A DNA stretch of 64,000 bases from Raillietiella orientalis (lineage: Eukaryota), in assembly GCA_036172245.1 (NCBI GenBank), contig JAYWIR010000027.1, forward strand, positions 2,418,001 to 2,482,000, written 5' to 3'. The notes below the pieces were generated by a model, which saw nothing but the letters and a program-made list of their open reading frames with translations, did no database searches and was not told where the DNA came from. Of the stretch, positions 52,876 to 64,000 are shown piece by piece; within the stretch, counting starts at the first letter, position 1; each line of letters begins with the position of its first letter. The position numbers and the translations under genes were made by a program.

Positions 52876-53041
52876 GGGAATGGGGACTTCAAGGCGGGGA
52901 GAGACGGAGGAGGCGGCGAAGAAGAGAGGGAATGGGGACTTCAAGGCGGGGAGAGACGGAGGAGGCGGCGAAGAAGAGAGGGAATGGGGACTTCAAGGCG
53001 GGGAGAGACGGAGGAGGCGGCGAAGAAGAGAGGGAATGGGG
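52876..53041. repeat. 52-bp minisatellite, 3.2 perfect copies
   Basis: Unit GGGAATGGGGACTTCAAGGCGGGGAGAGACGGAGGAGGCGGCGAAGAAGAGA starts at 52876, 52928 and 52980, with a partial copy at 53032. Confidence 0.95.
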
Positions 53042-56000
53042 TGGTAGGACCATCAGGGTCCGCACAACACCCTAGCAAGAAGGTCTGATCCGACTATTGA
53101 GGGAGCAGTTGAGGGAAGAGGAGGGAATCGCGTCCGTGACCTCATTAGTCTCCCTCGCCCCCTGATCCCGCGGTATCGATCACTGCGCCACGTGCGCGGC
53201 TCGCCACATCCTTCGAGAGCAGCGCAGCGACCCCCCTCCCTCCTGATTAAGAGATGGGGGATGAGGGGAGGGAGAGGGGTAGGCGACTGCGGGCTTCCAG
53301 GGCATTGCGACGCTCCTCAGCAGATTGAGCGTTCCACGGAGAAGACGACGCCCACGCCTGCTGTTCTCCCCTCTTTTTCCAGCGAACTCTTCCCGAAACA
53401 CTCTCCTCTGCTCCCTCCCTTCCCTGACTCATCCCGCATGCTAAGCCCTCCGGCGTTCCGGTATCGTCTTCCTTCTTCCCCAGCATTCCTTGTTCCGCCG
53501 CCCCTCTCCCGCCTGCGTGAAGTGACAGGCGCAAAAAAAAAAAAAAAAAAAAAAAGAGGCGAGAGAGAGAAAGAAAATCCTTGCCGTTTCACGAAGGCGT
53601 TCGGGCAGTTCGGGCCTCCACCGATAGTCCACGTCGAAGCCCGTTATTCCAAGGATTAAGAGGCGCTCTCGAGCCACGCGGTCCGATCTCTGCCGTTTCA
53701 GGGATCCGCTTCTCAAGGGAGGAGGAGGAGGGGAGGGGGCTGCTGGGGTTGGGAGAGAGGGGAGCAAACCTGCGCGCGCGAAGGCCGCGGCAAAACGGAG
53801 ACGCCGCACTGCCACGGAATCTGCATACATGCCGTTCCCTCTTCAGTCCTCGCGCCCGGAAAGGCGGCGGGCGGAGGAGCCGGAGGTAACGCGACACGCG
53901 AAAAAAGACCACCACCGGCAGATGCGGAAGAGAAAGTGAGGCGATTAGAAAAACCGCACAAAGCAGGCGGACCGCGTTGCAGCATCACCCCCCTTCTCCC
54001 CGGGAGCCGAATGCTTTCTCGCATAGAGGACGGCCGTGCCTCGACACGCCACACTTTACCGCCGGGTCGCTCACGACAACAATGACGTCCGTCCATTTTG
54101 AATCCCTTCTCGTCCATCTTGAATCGCAACGTGCGGGAGGGAGCGCGGGAATCCGCTGCTGTGTCCCCAGCAGCTCCTTTTTTCGAGTCTGGGAAACCCA
54201 TGTTGGCGCGCTCATTATTCAAGGACGAAAGGAAAACGGCACGAAAAAACAAAAGCAAAAGAAAACGGGAGTTTTTCCAAATGCGGGGTCCATGAGGAAG
54301 ACAATACCGGATTCACAGGATCCGATGGCTGTGCGGAGAGTAGCCGATTAGCTGCACGAGGGAAGAGAATGACGGGAGAGTGCGGCTGCGGGAAGAGTCA
54401 GGTAGGGCTGGCGCACGGGACCGAACTCGGCCTTCAAGCTTCGGACGCTGAGGCATCTAATCTAGGCATCTGACACACGGAAACAAAGTAGGTTATAAGG
54501 AGGGACTGGTAATCACGCTGAATGGGTTCTGCCGAACGAACGACTGACGAGTTAAAGCTGGCAATAACGAACGTCCACATCCGGGCCCCGAAAGAACCTC
54601 GAAGGCAGCTTATCGTGGATCATTTGGGATTCCCGGATTGCATTTGTTCCCATCGGGGGGAGGCGAACGAAACGTAATGCGCATTTGTCACTATGGCTGC
54701 AATTTCTCAAGATAGGAGAGCTGTGGGATGATGTAAAGCCATCCACATAATTGTTGAAATTGTCTACCCTTGAAATGGAACAATCGTCGTGAGGTGGATT
54801 TTCTCATCCTAACGGATCGGTATTTAGCCAAAAGAATAGGGGGGGGAGGGGGGGGGACAAGACCTACAAAAAAACAAAAAGCTTGGAACGTTCCCATGTT
54901 GCCGATGGCCGCGAGGTATCATGAACACCGCGGTACTGAGAAACTCTTTGTGGAGTTTCCCGCGATCTCTTCGGCTCCGATGGCGTGAGAAAAAAAAAAA
55001 AGACTCACAAGTCGCCCCAAGATTCCTCGAAGACGGGGGCAGTCGCTCCCGCTCCTGGCGCGCATGCTTAACCCTGCGTGCGCCGCTGCCATTCTGCCGC
55101 GACCTCCAGCCGACTCCAGCTGCTGGACTGACCGGCTGTCTCCCAGCTGATCGCATACCCAGATGATGGAGGTGGAGCGACGAAGTTTCGAGGTCCGCAG
55201 ATCAGATGAGCAAACAGAGTTAGCGGTGAAAGGAGATAAAATTTCGCATCTGCTTCGTGGATGCTGCACCCGAGAGAGCTGTCTCGGCTCCGGAGGAATG
55301 GGTTACCAGCCGCGGGTCGCCGCTAGGAGGATGCTATTCAGAGGAGGAGGGGGAGGGGTCCTCCTGGCTCGGAGCGACTCCTTCCGTCTCCATCAATCCA
55401 TGGGGGAGTTGGCCGTGGTCTCATCTTCTGACGGATGCTGCTCTCCCGCTTCGCAAGCCCAGGGCGCTCGGAGGAGCCGGCAGACGGAGATGTCGGCGAG
55501 CCCAGGGTGTTCCCGTCTTTCGTGCGTTCCTGGGAGCCGGCCTGCCCGCAGAGGAGAGCCCGATCTCGGCACGCGCGCGCGCGGGAGGCAGTCCTGGCTC
55601 CATGCGTTGCGATCCTGGGAGCCACCGTCCTCCGCAGCTGCGAGTGTGTCCGGTCCTTCGGAGACGACTCTTGGGACATCAGTGGAGCGAGAAGGCCTTA
55701 GGACGCTGCCAGCGAGCCCGTCCCTTCCGAAGCGGCGGCAGACGGGAGTCGAGGGCAAGGTTGCATCCTCGGCTGAGCCTTGCACCTCTTCTCAGTTTCG
55801 AGAGGTGCCACTGGCGGCAAGTAGCGCGCAGCTCTCCGAACGCACAAGCCAAAAAAAAAAAAAAAAGGAGGGGGAGGAGGAAAAGGAGGGGAAGAAGGAA
55901 GATGGCTCTTAGGGAGGGGGAAACGGGAGGCATGCCGGCTTGACCGTTCCTCTCCCTCTCTCCCCTTCACTCCGTGGTGCGAGGAAAAGAACCCTTGCGT

Positions 56001-59000
56001 CTGCGCGAGTAGCGGGTCTTCCCCGCTCCTTGACCTCCTCCTCCTCCATCTGCTTTTCCTTTCTGCTCGCGACCCCCCCCCTCTCTCTGCTCCCCTTTTT
56101 AGGAGAACAGTTCGCAGTGCGGAGGAGGGGAAGGCAGCGGAGATGCGGAGCGAAGGTCACACTAAGGGAATCGCCAGCCGCCTCTCCGGAGTGGAGCTAC
56201 CGCGCACGCTCTCGTGCTCTGGACCAAGGCAGTTGAGGCTGTCCACGAGTGGACCCCAGGCAGGAGGGGGCAACCGCTCTTCCTCGGCGTCCCCCCCCGC
56301 TGTTTCCCTGCCTTCACCAGCAGGAGGGGGAGGGGGGTGAGCGACACCGCTTCCATTCAGGGGAAGGAAGGGGTGAAGTGAAGGGGGGTTGGGGAGAGTA
56401 ATGAAGGAAGGTAAGAGCGAGTTGCAGAAGACGGTTGCCCGCCTCCTCCGCCTCTCTCCGGGTGGCGCGACTACCACGTGGACCGAGCGCCGGAGAAATG
56501 GGGACGGGGGCAGGGTCAACGACACTCGTGGTGAGCCTTCTCAGCGGCGGTCCCGGCCGTTGTGGGGCTACCAGGACCCCCGGTCCTCGTCTCCGCAAGG
56601 TCTCCGGGGCGAGAAGCAGGGGGAGGGACGGACGCGCATGCAGACCCCCTCCCGTGCTCGAATGGTTCCCCCCCCCTTTTCCCCCCAAATGGCCCTCGAA
56701 CACCTTCCAGAGCAGGGTCGGTCAAGGACAGAAACCCTCAAAGGAACACGAGGAAGGGAGGATCGCCCCCTGGCGGAACTTCCTTTGCCGAGAGGCGCGC
56801 GTTCCGCTCCCTCCAGGCCCTCCGCCGCCAGGTGCGGTCCCTCGACTTTCCCTTTTTCGCCACCCGCGGGCGAGAGAAAGGTTTGTTGACTCGCGCGCCA
56901 GTCGCCGCGGTCGGGCAGCGTCCGACCTTCGAGAGGCGCGCGCGCGCTTCCTCCTGACCTTCGCGCGCGAGCGCGCATGAGGACGGGGCGCGCGCCTCCT
57001 CCGCTTGTCTCAGGGGGCCTGGCAGATGGTGACTCTTGCGGACCCCTTCCTGCTCCCTCCCTCCCTCCTCCTCAACCTCTTCTTTCGTCCCGCCGCTTCT
57101 CTACGCAGGGCCCTAGCAGGGAGGAGCGTCCCGTCGCTTCCCGGGGGAATTTCAAAAAACGCCGGGGGGGTAGGGAAGTCACCTCATTTCTCCGTCCTAA
57201 TGTCGGGAGGGGACGCCTGCAGGAGGCGGTCTCACGCCCTCCCCCTCGCCCGAAAGCGTCAACAAGGAAGGATCCTCCTACCTGAGCGTGAGTGCGTGCG
57301 TGCGTCCTCCTCGTTGCTGCTGACGCGCTCGGCCCTCCTTCAGCGTTCCGCTGCCTCTGGTCGCCGGGCGAGCACTGCGCGCTCGCGCCTCTCCCGCTCC
57401 CGCGCGAGCGCGGGCGTGCGCGCTCGCGTGCCGGCCGCGATTCTGTCCCGGGGGAGCCTTCGACCGCCCTGAGGCACCCGCGTTCCCACCCTCCTCCTCC
57501 TCCTCCTCCCTCGCTCGCCCTCTCCACGTCGCCGCCGTCTTCTGCAGAGGACGCGTTGCTGAAGGAGGGGAGGAGTTGCGTTCGTCCTTCCCCCCCCCCC
57601 TCCTCTCCCTCACACGCGGGAAAAAGGGGGCGAAGGTCACGCACGGCGGCCGAGGCGGAGGCCTTGGCGCCGTCTGGACCTTTGCCGCACCCAGCGGGCG
57701 AAAAGGACCCCGCCTCGCGCTCCTCCTTCTCGACCTCCTTGCGACCCGCGGGTCACTTTCTCCCCCCCTCCGTCCCAGGGGTGGGTGCCGAGAGGATAAG
57801 GAGGCGAACCTGCCACTGGAGCAGCTTTTGCCCCCTCCCTCTTGCCCCACCGCCCTCCTCGCAGGCAAGCAGGCCGGTCCCCTTCTTCCGGACAAATCCG
57901 CCCGAGGGGCATGCGCAGGACTTCTTGTGGCGCTTCCGGAGACCTCGATGCGCCACTTCCCTGGGTGACCGCGTAAGGAGGGGCGACGGCTCAGCAGCCC
58001 CTCGCGGTGTCCTCCCAACTTTCTCCCCGCGCCCGCTCCCCTTGCGACCGACGAGAAGACAGCAGAGAAAGTCTGCTCCCGATCCCTCCGCTCGTCGCTT
58101 CCCGCCACAGCGCATGCTGGCGTGGCTGCTCCTCGAAGGGTCTAGGGAGACCTATGGACACTGTCCTTCTCCAAGACACCCTTGGAGTTCGGGTTCTGCC
58201 GGTCTGCTCGGGACGGGGGTGGGAAGGAAAGGACGGAAGGAGGGACTTCCCGCTTCAGGCCTTCCACCGTCGTTCATGCGGCCCACCCGTCAGTCCCGAG
58301 GACTGGTCCCCTGCGGACCACCGGGCCGCGACTTTGAGCGACCTTTCTTGTTCCGCTGGGTGCCGAGGCAGCGCGGGACCCCGAGCAGGGGAGCCGCGTC
58401 ATTCTCCTTCCCCTGCGAACTTGGGGGGTGGGGGAAGCGGGGGTGCAGAAGCTACTCGGCAGAGTCCTCGGCTAGGGGCGACTTGCCCCGGTCACCCCCC
58501 ACATGCAGCGGGACCGCCTTTCTCTGTGGCGCATGGGCGAAGGGGGCGAAAGCGAGGAGGAGGCACGGACGGTCACACTCCGTCCTCCCCTCTCCCCTCC
58601 CTCACGGGAAGGAGGACTTCCACCCCTCGCGACGGAGTAGGGTAATGGTCATCCCGGAGTGTCCTCCCTCTCCTCTGGGAAAGACGCGGGCTCGCCGCGC
58701 CGTCGCTGGAGAGGAGGCCCTCGGGCGCCGCTGGAGCCACTCTAGTCGTCGAGGAGAGGCGAAGGATGCGTGGGGAGGGCTACGTTCAGGCAGGTTGAAC
58801 GGGAGGGTGACTCCGTCGGTCAGAAGCAGCCGAATCTTCCTGGACACCCGGGAGGAGCGGAGGGAATTCCAGAAATCTTCCTCGGACCCCCGACCCCTCT
58901 CTGGGAAGAAGTCCTCCGACGAGCAAGCGTCCCCTCCGCATCCTCCTCCCCTCCCCATCTCCCAGGAGCAGGGGAGATCGAAGAAGCGCCAGGGAAAGTG

Positions 59001-60861
59001 CTGGACCCCTTCTGAACCCTCCTGGCCCTGGTACTCGGGGAGGTCGCGGGGGCGGCCTAACCGTGCTGCCCGGCGGCGACCTCTTCTCTCGGGTATCAGC
59101 TGCCGCCCCTCGGATTGACCAGGCAGCCGGAGCGGTCCTTCCCCGTGCGTGGGAGGGGAGTCGCGCCACCACTCCCAGGAGTCGCTCTTCTCGGAATGTG
59201 CGGCGCGAGCCTGCCTCCGGCGGACTCCGGGAAGCTTTGACCCGCGCCGGACGTGGCACTCCGAACAGAGAGCCATCAGGTCGGTCACCGGACCTGAGGG
59301 AGGGTTGTTGACCTGCGCGGAGACGCCCACCCAAGGTGGCCCCCACCATCCTCCACTCGGGCGTTGTCACGGGACCGATGCTCCCTCCCACGTCCGCTTT
59401 CCTGGCACCCAAGGAGCGGAAGAAGGGTTTCTTCCCTCCCGGTCCTCGCGCGCCGGGGCTGGGACAGCCAGAAGATTCGGAGGACGAGAGCGACGACCCT
59501 CCGACCGTGACCCCCCTCGGGCGGTTAATGAAGCACTTGGAGTGAGCTGGGCTTCCGGGTCTCCCGGGACAACTCTCGTCCCTTCCCCGCTTGAGAGAGA
59601 GGTTGGAGCTTGGGATCTTCTCCGTCCCCCATGGCTCCCAGTGGAGGGGAAAAGACCCCCAGGGCTAGTCCAGGTATTTGCCCGTTCCTGGACGGGCGGG
59701 AAGCGCTCCCACAAGGAAAAGTCTGGAAGGACGGCTGCGACGTCGGTGAGAGCTCCTGAGGGGCAGCGATTCGTGGATGCAGCGCCTAGAATAGACGAAG
59801 GCAGAGAATCTTCCGCTCTTGCCATCCCGCAAGACACCCGTGGTTTCGTGAGGGTGAGATGGGAGGGCTCACCCTTTTCTCTCCACGCGGTCAAGCGAGG
59901 GATGGTGGGAAGGAGGGCCAGACCGGGATGAGGGAAGTCCCACCTAGTGGGAGAGCGCCCTCCTGTGCGACTCCCGAGTGCGGAGATGCGCCAGGGAAGG
60001 GACGGTGCCAGTGGTGCAGATGTGGCGGCAGGCGCTTAGAAAGTGGCGGCGAAACACTTGAGAACCTGCTCCTCCTTCTTCCCCTGAGCCCAGTCGAGGA
60101 AGGACGTGGCAGGGTCTCATAGGGCGCTTCCCCTGTAAAGAAGGAGGGGGGGGGGAGAAGGAGGAACGACAACAACTCGTTGGTTCTCCCCCCCCCCCCG
60201 TCGCCGTCGCCAGGGTGCGCGACCTTCTTCCCGCCCTGTTCCTGTAGCTCCCGACCAGCCTGCGCTCGCCCCCAGCTGCCTTCCCTTCCGTCTCCGGAGA
60301 GGGTCGCACTCGCAGGTGCTGGATAGCAGTGCGCAACAGGCCACGCATGGGGATGCGGACCATTAGCCCAGAAGTCCACTCTCTCTTCGTCCCACCTTCC
60401 AGAGAGACTCTCGAGAGCCGCTGCTGCCGCCTGTCCTGCAGCCGAAGCGATGGTTGTGCTTCGGGACGCTGAGTTCTCTGTCGCTGCGGTCCGAGATCGA
60501 GATTCTGGTCCCCGAGGCTGCCTCGGCCTGACCTGGGCTTGACCACGCGAAGCGAACCGCCCGGCGTGTCCGTTCGCTCCGCCTTCCGCACCTCCAAAGT
60601 CAGAGGAGTCGGCGCTGTGAGTTCCGACAGTTCTTGGTTTCGTCCTCCGCGTCCGTTCCTGGAGTCCGTTGCATAGGTGGCATCCCTGCTCGGACGGGGT
60701 GCAAGATGCAGTGCAAGCGCGCTTTCAGCAAAAGCAGTGGTAGAGGAATGGTTTCTGCAGGTCGATCTTACTTGAAGAAGCATCAAGCCGATATCGGCCT
60801 AGAAGAGGGAGATGGGAAAATCCCCCCTCCGAAAAGTGTCCCGGAATGAAGCGCGTCAAAA

Positions 60862-60886
60862 ACACACACACACACACACACACACA
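60862..60886. repeat. (AC)n microsatellite
   Basis: Read directly. Confidence 0.9.
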
Positions 60887-63800
60887 TACATTCAAGGACC
60901 CTAAAGGGAAAAATAGGCAGCGAGGAGAAGCCCTTCACTTTGACTCCCTTGTTTTGCGCGCTTTGGTCTTCCTCAAGACCTCAAGCGCACATTTCTTTCG
61001 CATTCCGGACCGCAACACGAAGCGTGGTGAACGGTCCCCTCAGTGCCTTGGCACCCCTGGTGTTGTCACGTGAACGGTGTTGCGGCGTTCTCATCCGAGT
61101 CGGTCATTTTGCACACTTCCGTCAAAGCGTGTTGGCGATCCCGTATTCTCCCCGTGATTATTCAATTGGATCCGTCCCGCCTGGATGTTTTGTATACAGC
61201 ACAGCTAATTCAATCGCCATTATGCGCCTGCACATCTTCCCATATTCGAACTCACGACCGATCCGTTAATCTCACCGTAAAGGGAAAGCAGGCAGGCAAT
61301 TTCCTTCCTTTCACGTACGGAAACGCCGAGGCGATAGAGAAGGGGTTGCATGGGGGGGGGGGGGGAAGGAGCGAGCAAGCCGATGTTTCCGAATGATTGC
61401 CATATGAACGCTCGGAAAGTGAAATTTATAGGCAGCGAAAAGATCACCCTCCAACATCAGAGCAAAAACAGCACTCATCGGAAAAGTCTGAGGAGCGCAC
61501 CCAATTCCGGTGAAAGCGTAGAGTTCTTAACCCGCTGTTGACGCCGCGTCCGAGCATCCATTTTGGCGATCGCTCTACAATGGTAGGAAGTGGGGACGCC
61601 ATTTTCCCTTCAGCTCGGGAGCAGGACTTTGCAGGTTTGCCATCGATGCGTAGTCCCGAAAACATGCAAAAGATCTGTGCACTTTCAAAATCGCCCTTCA
61701 GGCTGCTAGAACACACTTCATTTTTTTGCAGCCAGCAGCCACGAGTGCCTGTGCTTTGCTTGCTCTTGCCTCTATAAGAAGAAGAAGGGCTTTCCGTGTT
61801 GCAGATGAAAAAGCCCCCAACAACCCGTTGAATATTCGAAGCGCGTACACGACTTTGCAAAACAGAACTGAACACTTAACGAACCAGCTTTTACATTGCA
61901 TGTACATTTGTGAAGCAGCAACTCCTGGAGAATCCGATGTTTCCGAATCAGTGAATGTTCTTGCAAACGCCATCTCAGAAATAATTCTGATAGGCGAAAT
62001 GAAAACCTTGTTCTGCTGTTTCTCTTGCATTTTTATTTACAAACAGCTATTTTTCCAAAGAATAAAGGATGATAAACAAATCATGAAGCCCATTCAAGGT
62101 TTCACATTCAAGATAAATGATACAAAAGAAAAGAAAAAGTGAACAATAAGTCCACCTTGAAGGATGAAACTCGAACGAATTTCAAGCCGAGGGGCAACCA
62201 TGAAGTATTCCCAATCTAATTTCGGCAGCATCCTAAAAGGAAAGCCGAATGACCACAAATTCATCTCCTAGCGATCGAGTGATGTTGATTTAGAACAGAC
62301 ACAGTGCACAGTGAAGCAGGTGTCACTGCCGATAACTCTAAGAGGTTTTCATTTAAAAAAAAAAATGAAAAAACAAGGTCGCCCTTAGCTACTTAGAAAA
62401 TGCTGTAGTTCAAATTCTTGTTTTTGTTCTCTTCCAAGGAATATGCATTCCGTGAATACATGCGTTGTGAAATCGAAAGTATCTGAGAAAGTCTTTTTTT
62501 TCTTCTTTTCTTCCTCCACCTTCCCTTCCTTTTTTTTTTGTTCTTCTTATTATTTAACTATTCGGATCCACGAGGCGAAGAAAGTCCTTGCTTTCGATCC
62601 CGTGGCTGCAGGATTGCCGACTCCGCTCATCTCAGTCTCTCATCGACTCCTTTGAGACGATGGCGAAACAAAAACGCTACCTGCCGTCCTTTGTTCCGTG
62701 GTCTCGTAAATTTCGGATGTTTTGAGCACCGCTTCCGCATCCATCCCCTCTGCCTGATGATCATGCACATGTGTTCCCGGAAGAGTGCGTCTCTCTCCGA
62801 TACTTTTTGTCGTGCTTCCACTGGGTAGGCAAGAAGAGTCGAAAGCAACGCAGAAAGACATAAGAAATGAGAGCGAAAAGCGACCAGAACGGGGGGGGGA
62901 AAAAAACGAAGCAATCCGTTCGCCCGGGAGGAAATCAGCATCCGCCAACAACGAAGGAGCACGTGGATGATTTGAATTTCTCCTAGGCTCTGCCTGTTCT
63001 CTTCTGCGCATCTCGCCGACCAGCAGCCCGGAATCCGAGGATGCATGGGGAACGGTTCCTGGGATCAATGCGGGACGCACGACACAGCGTGCCGCCTTCT
63101 CGTTCATTCCTTCCCCACGACACCGCCGCGGACGGTGGAAGCTCAGAACTGCGAAGAGCCTTCCTGCGGGAGTGACGTGGATGAGGAAGGCAAGTCGGGA
63201 AGGTTCCTGCACGAGGACATCCACGGCACGCGCTTCTGCAAGAGCCTCCTCTGCGGTGGCGAACCGGAATTGCGAGGCTTTGAGAGACCTCCCCCGTGCA
63301 GTCGAGGGTGCTTGGTGCTGATCTTGAAGATGTCACCACCGACACGCCATCTGTGCAAGGGCAGCGCCATCTGTGTATTCGGTTCATGGCGTCCAGAGCT
63401 CCATCCCGCCAGGCAAGAGAGCAGTTCGGTAGGTGGAGGGTGTGTGCGTACATGGAGAGCCGGGAAAGATTCGGCAGCGGCGAGACTGCGCCGTTCGTCT
63501 ACCGTCCCTCTTCGTGCGGGTCGCTGCGGGAAGAGCGCACGAAGACGTTAGCGAGTCGGCTCTTCCGGCGCAGTGGCACGAAGAGTTGGCACGGCATCAC
63601 AGCGTCTCTGGCAGTGGCGCGTGGAAGGTTCGTCCAGTCGAGGGCTCCAAGGGAAGGAATCTCTTTCGCGATGCTCCCGGCGCAAGAGATGAGCGAGCCC
63701 GTTTCGGATAGAGGTGGCCGCGCCTGTTTTCCCATTTCCGGACACGTCGGCCGCGCACATCGGGCACACGCGTCGGCCCGCGTTCACGGACTCGCCAAGG

Positions 63801-64000
63801 CGCATGCGCTCTTTCGCAGCGCAAGGCATCCCTGCTCGCGGCTGCAAAACTGAAACCCTTTGCACGTGACCGGAGACAAATGGCGCGCGCGCACGCAGTG
63901 TAGCCAGATCCCTCCTAAAAAAAACATGCGCGGGGAGTGGGTGGGTGCCAGAGAAATTTTTTTTTTTTCTCTCCCCCCTCTTGCCGTCGTGGAAGAGCCC

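Noticed and set aside
52876..53041. CRISPR-like array
   Set aside because: Head-to-tail identical units with no unique spacers, no cas genes, and a eukaryotic context.
57292..59118. 608-aa plus-strand ORF and other long ORFs at 53-64 kb
   Set aside because: Low-complexity R/P/G/S translations with overlapping ORFs in several frames and no recognisable motif. Expected from stop-codon scarcity in GC-rich DNA.

Overview
Eukaryotic (invertebrate, probably arthropod or other ecdysozoan) genomic DNA with spliced GT-AG genes and many very short introns. I saw no prokaryotic features, CRISPR arrays, RNA genes or intact mobile elements. Three conserved genes were reconstructed by hand, all on the minus strand: (1) a FAM193A-like gene (CDS ~16244->1411); (2) a complete, intact 8-exon, 300-codon ARPC2 (Arp2/3 p34) gene (24688->20701), which the ORF track shows only in fragments and which is unusually divergent at positions normally near-invariant; (3) a type-I membrane Ig/FN3/DB-module receptor gene (52645->~38593). 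Two unrecognised, convergent spliced genes lie at ~30-36 kb. The window has sharp base-composition domains: GC-rich ~1-8.5 kb, AT-rich and CpG-poor ~9-29.7 kb, GC/CpG-rich ~30-61 kb. One boundary cuts through the FAM193A gene. Most long ORFs in the GC-rich parts of the track are shadow ORFs. The most interesting items are the divergent ARPC2, the composition boundary inside FAM193A and a perfect 25-bp hairpin downstream of ARPC2. Homology calls come from recalled family motifs, not database searches.
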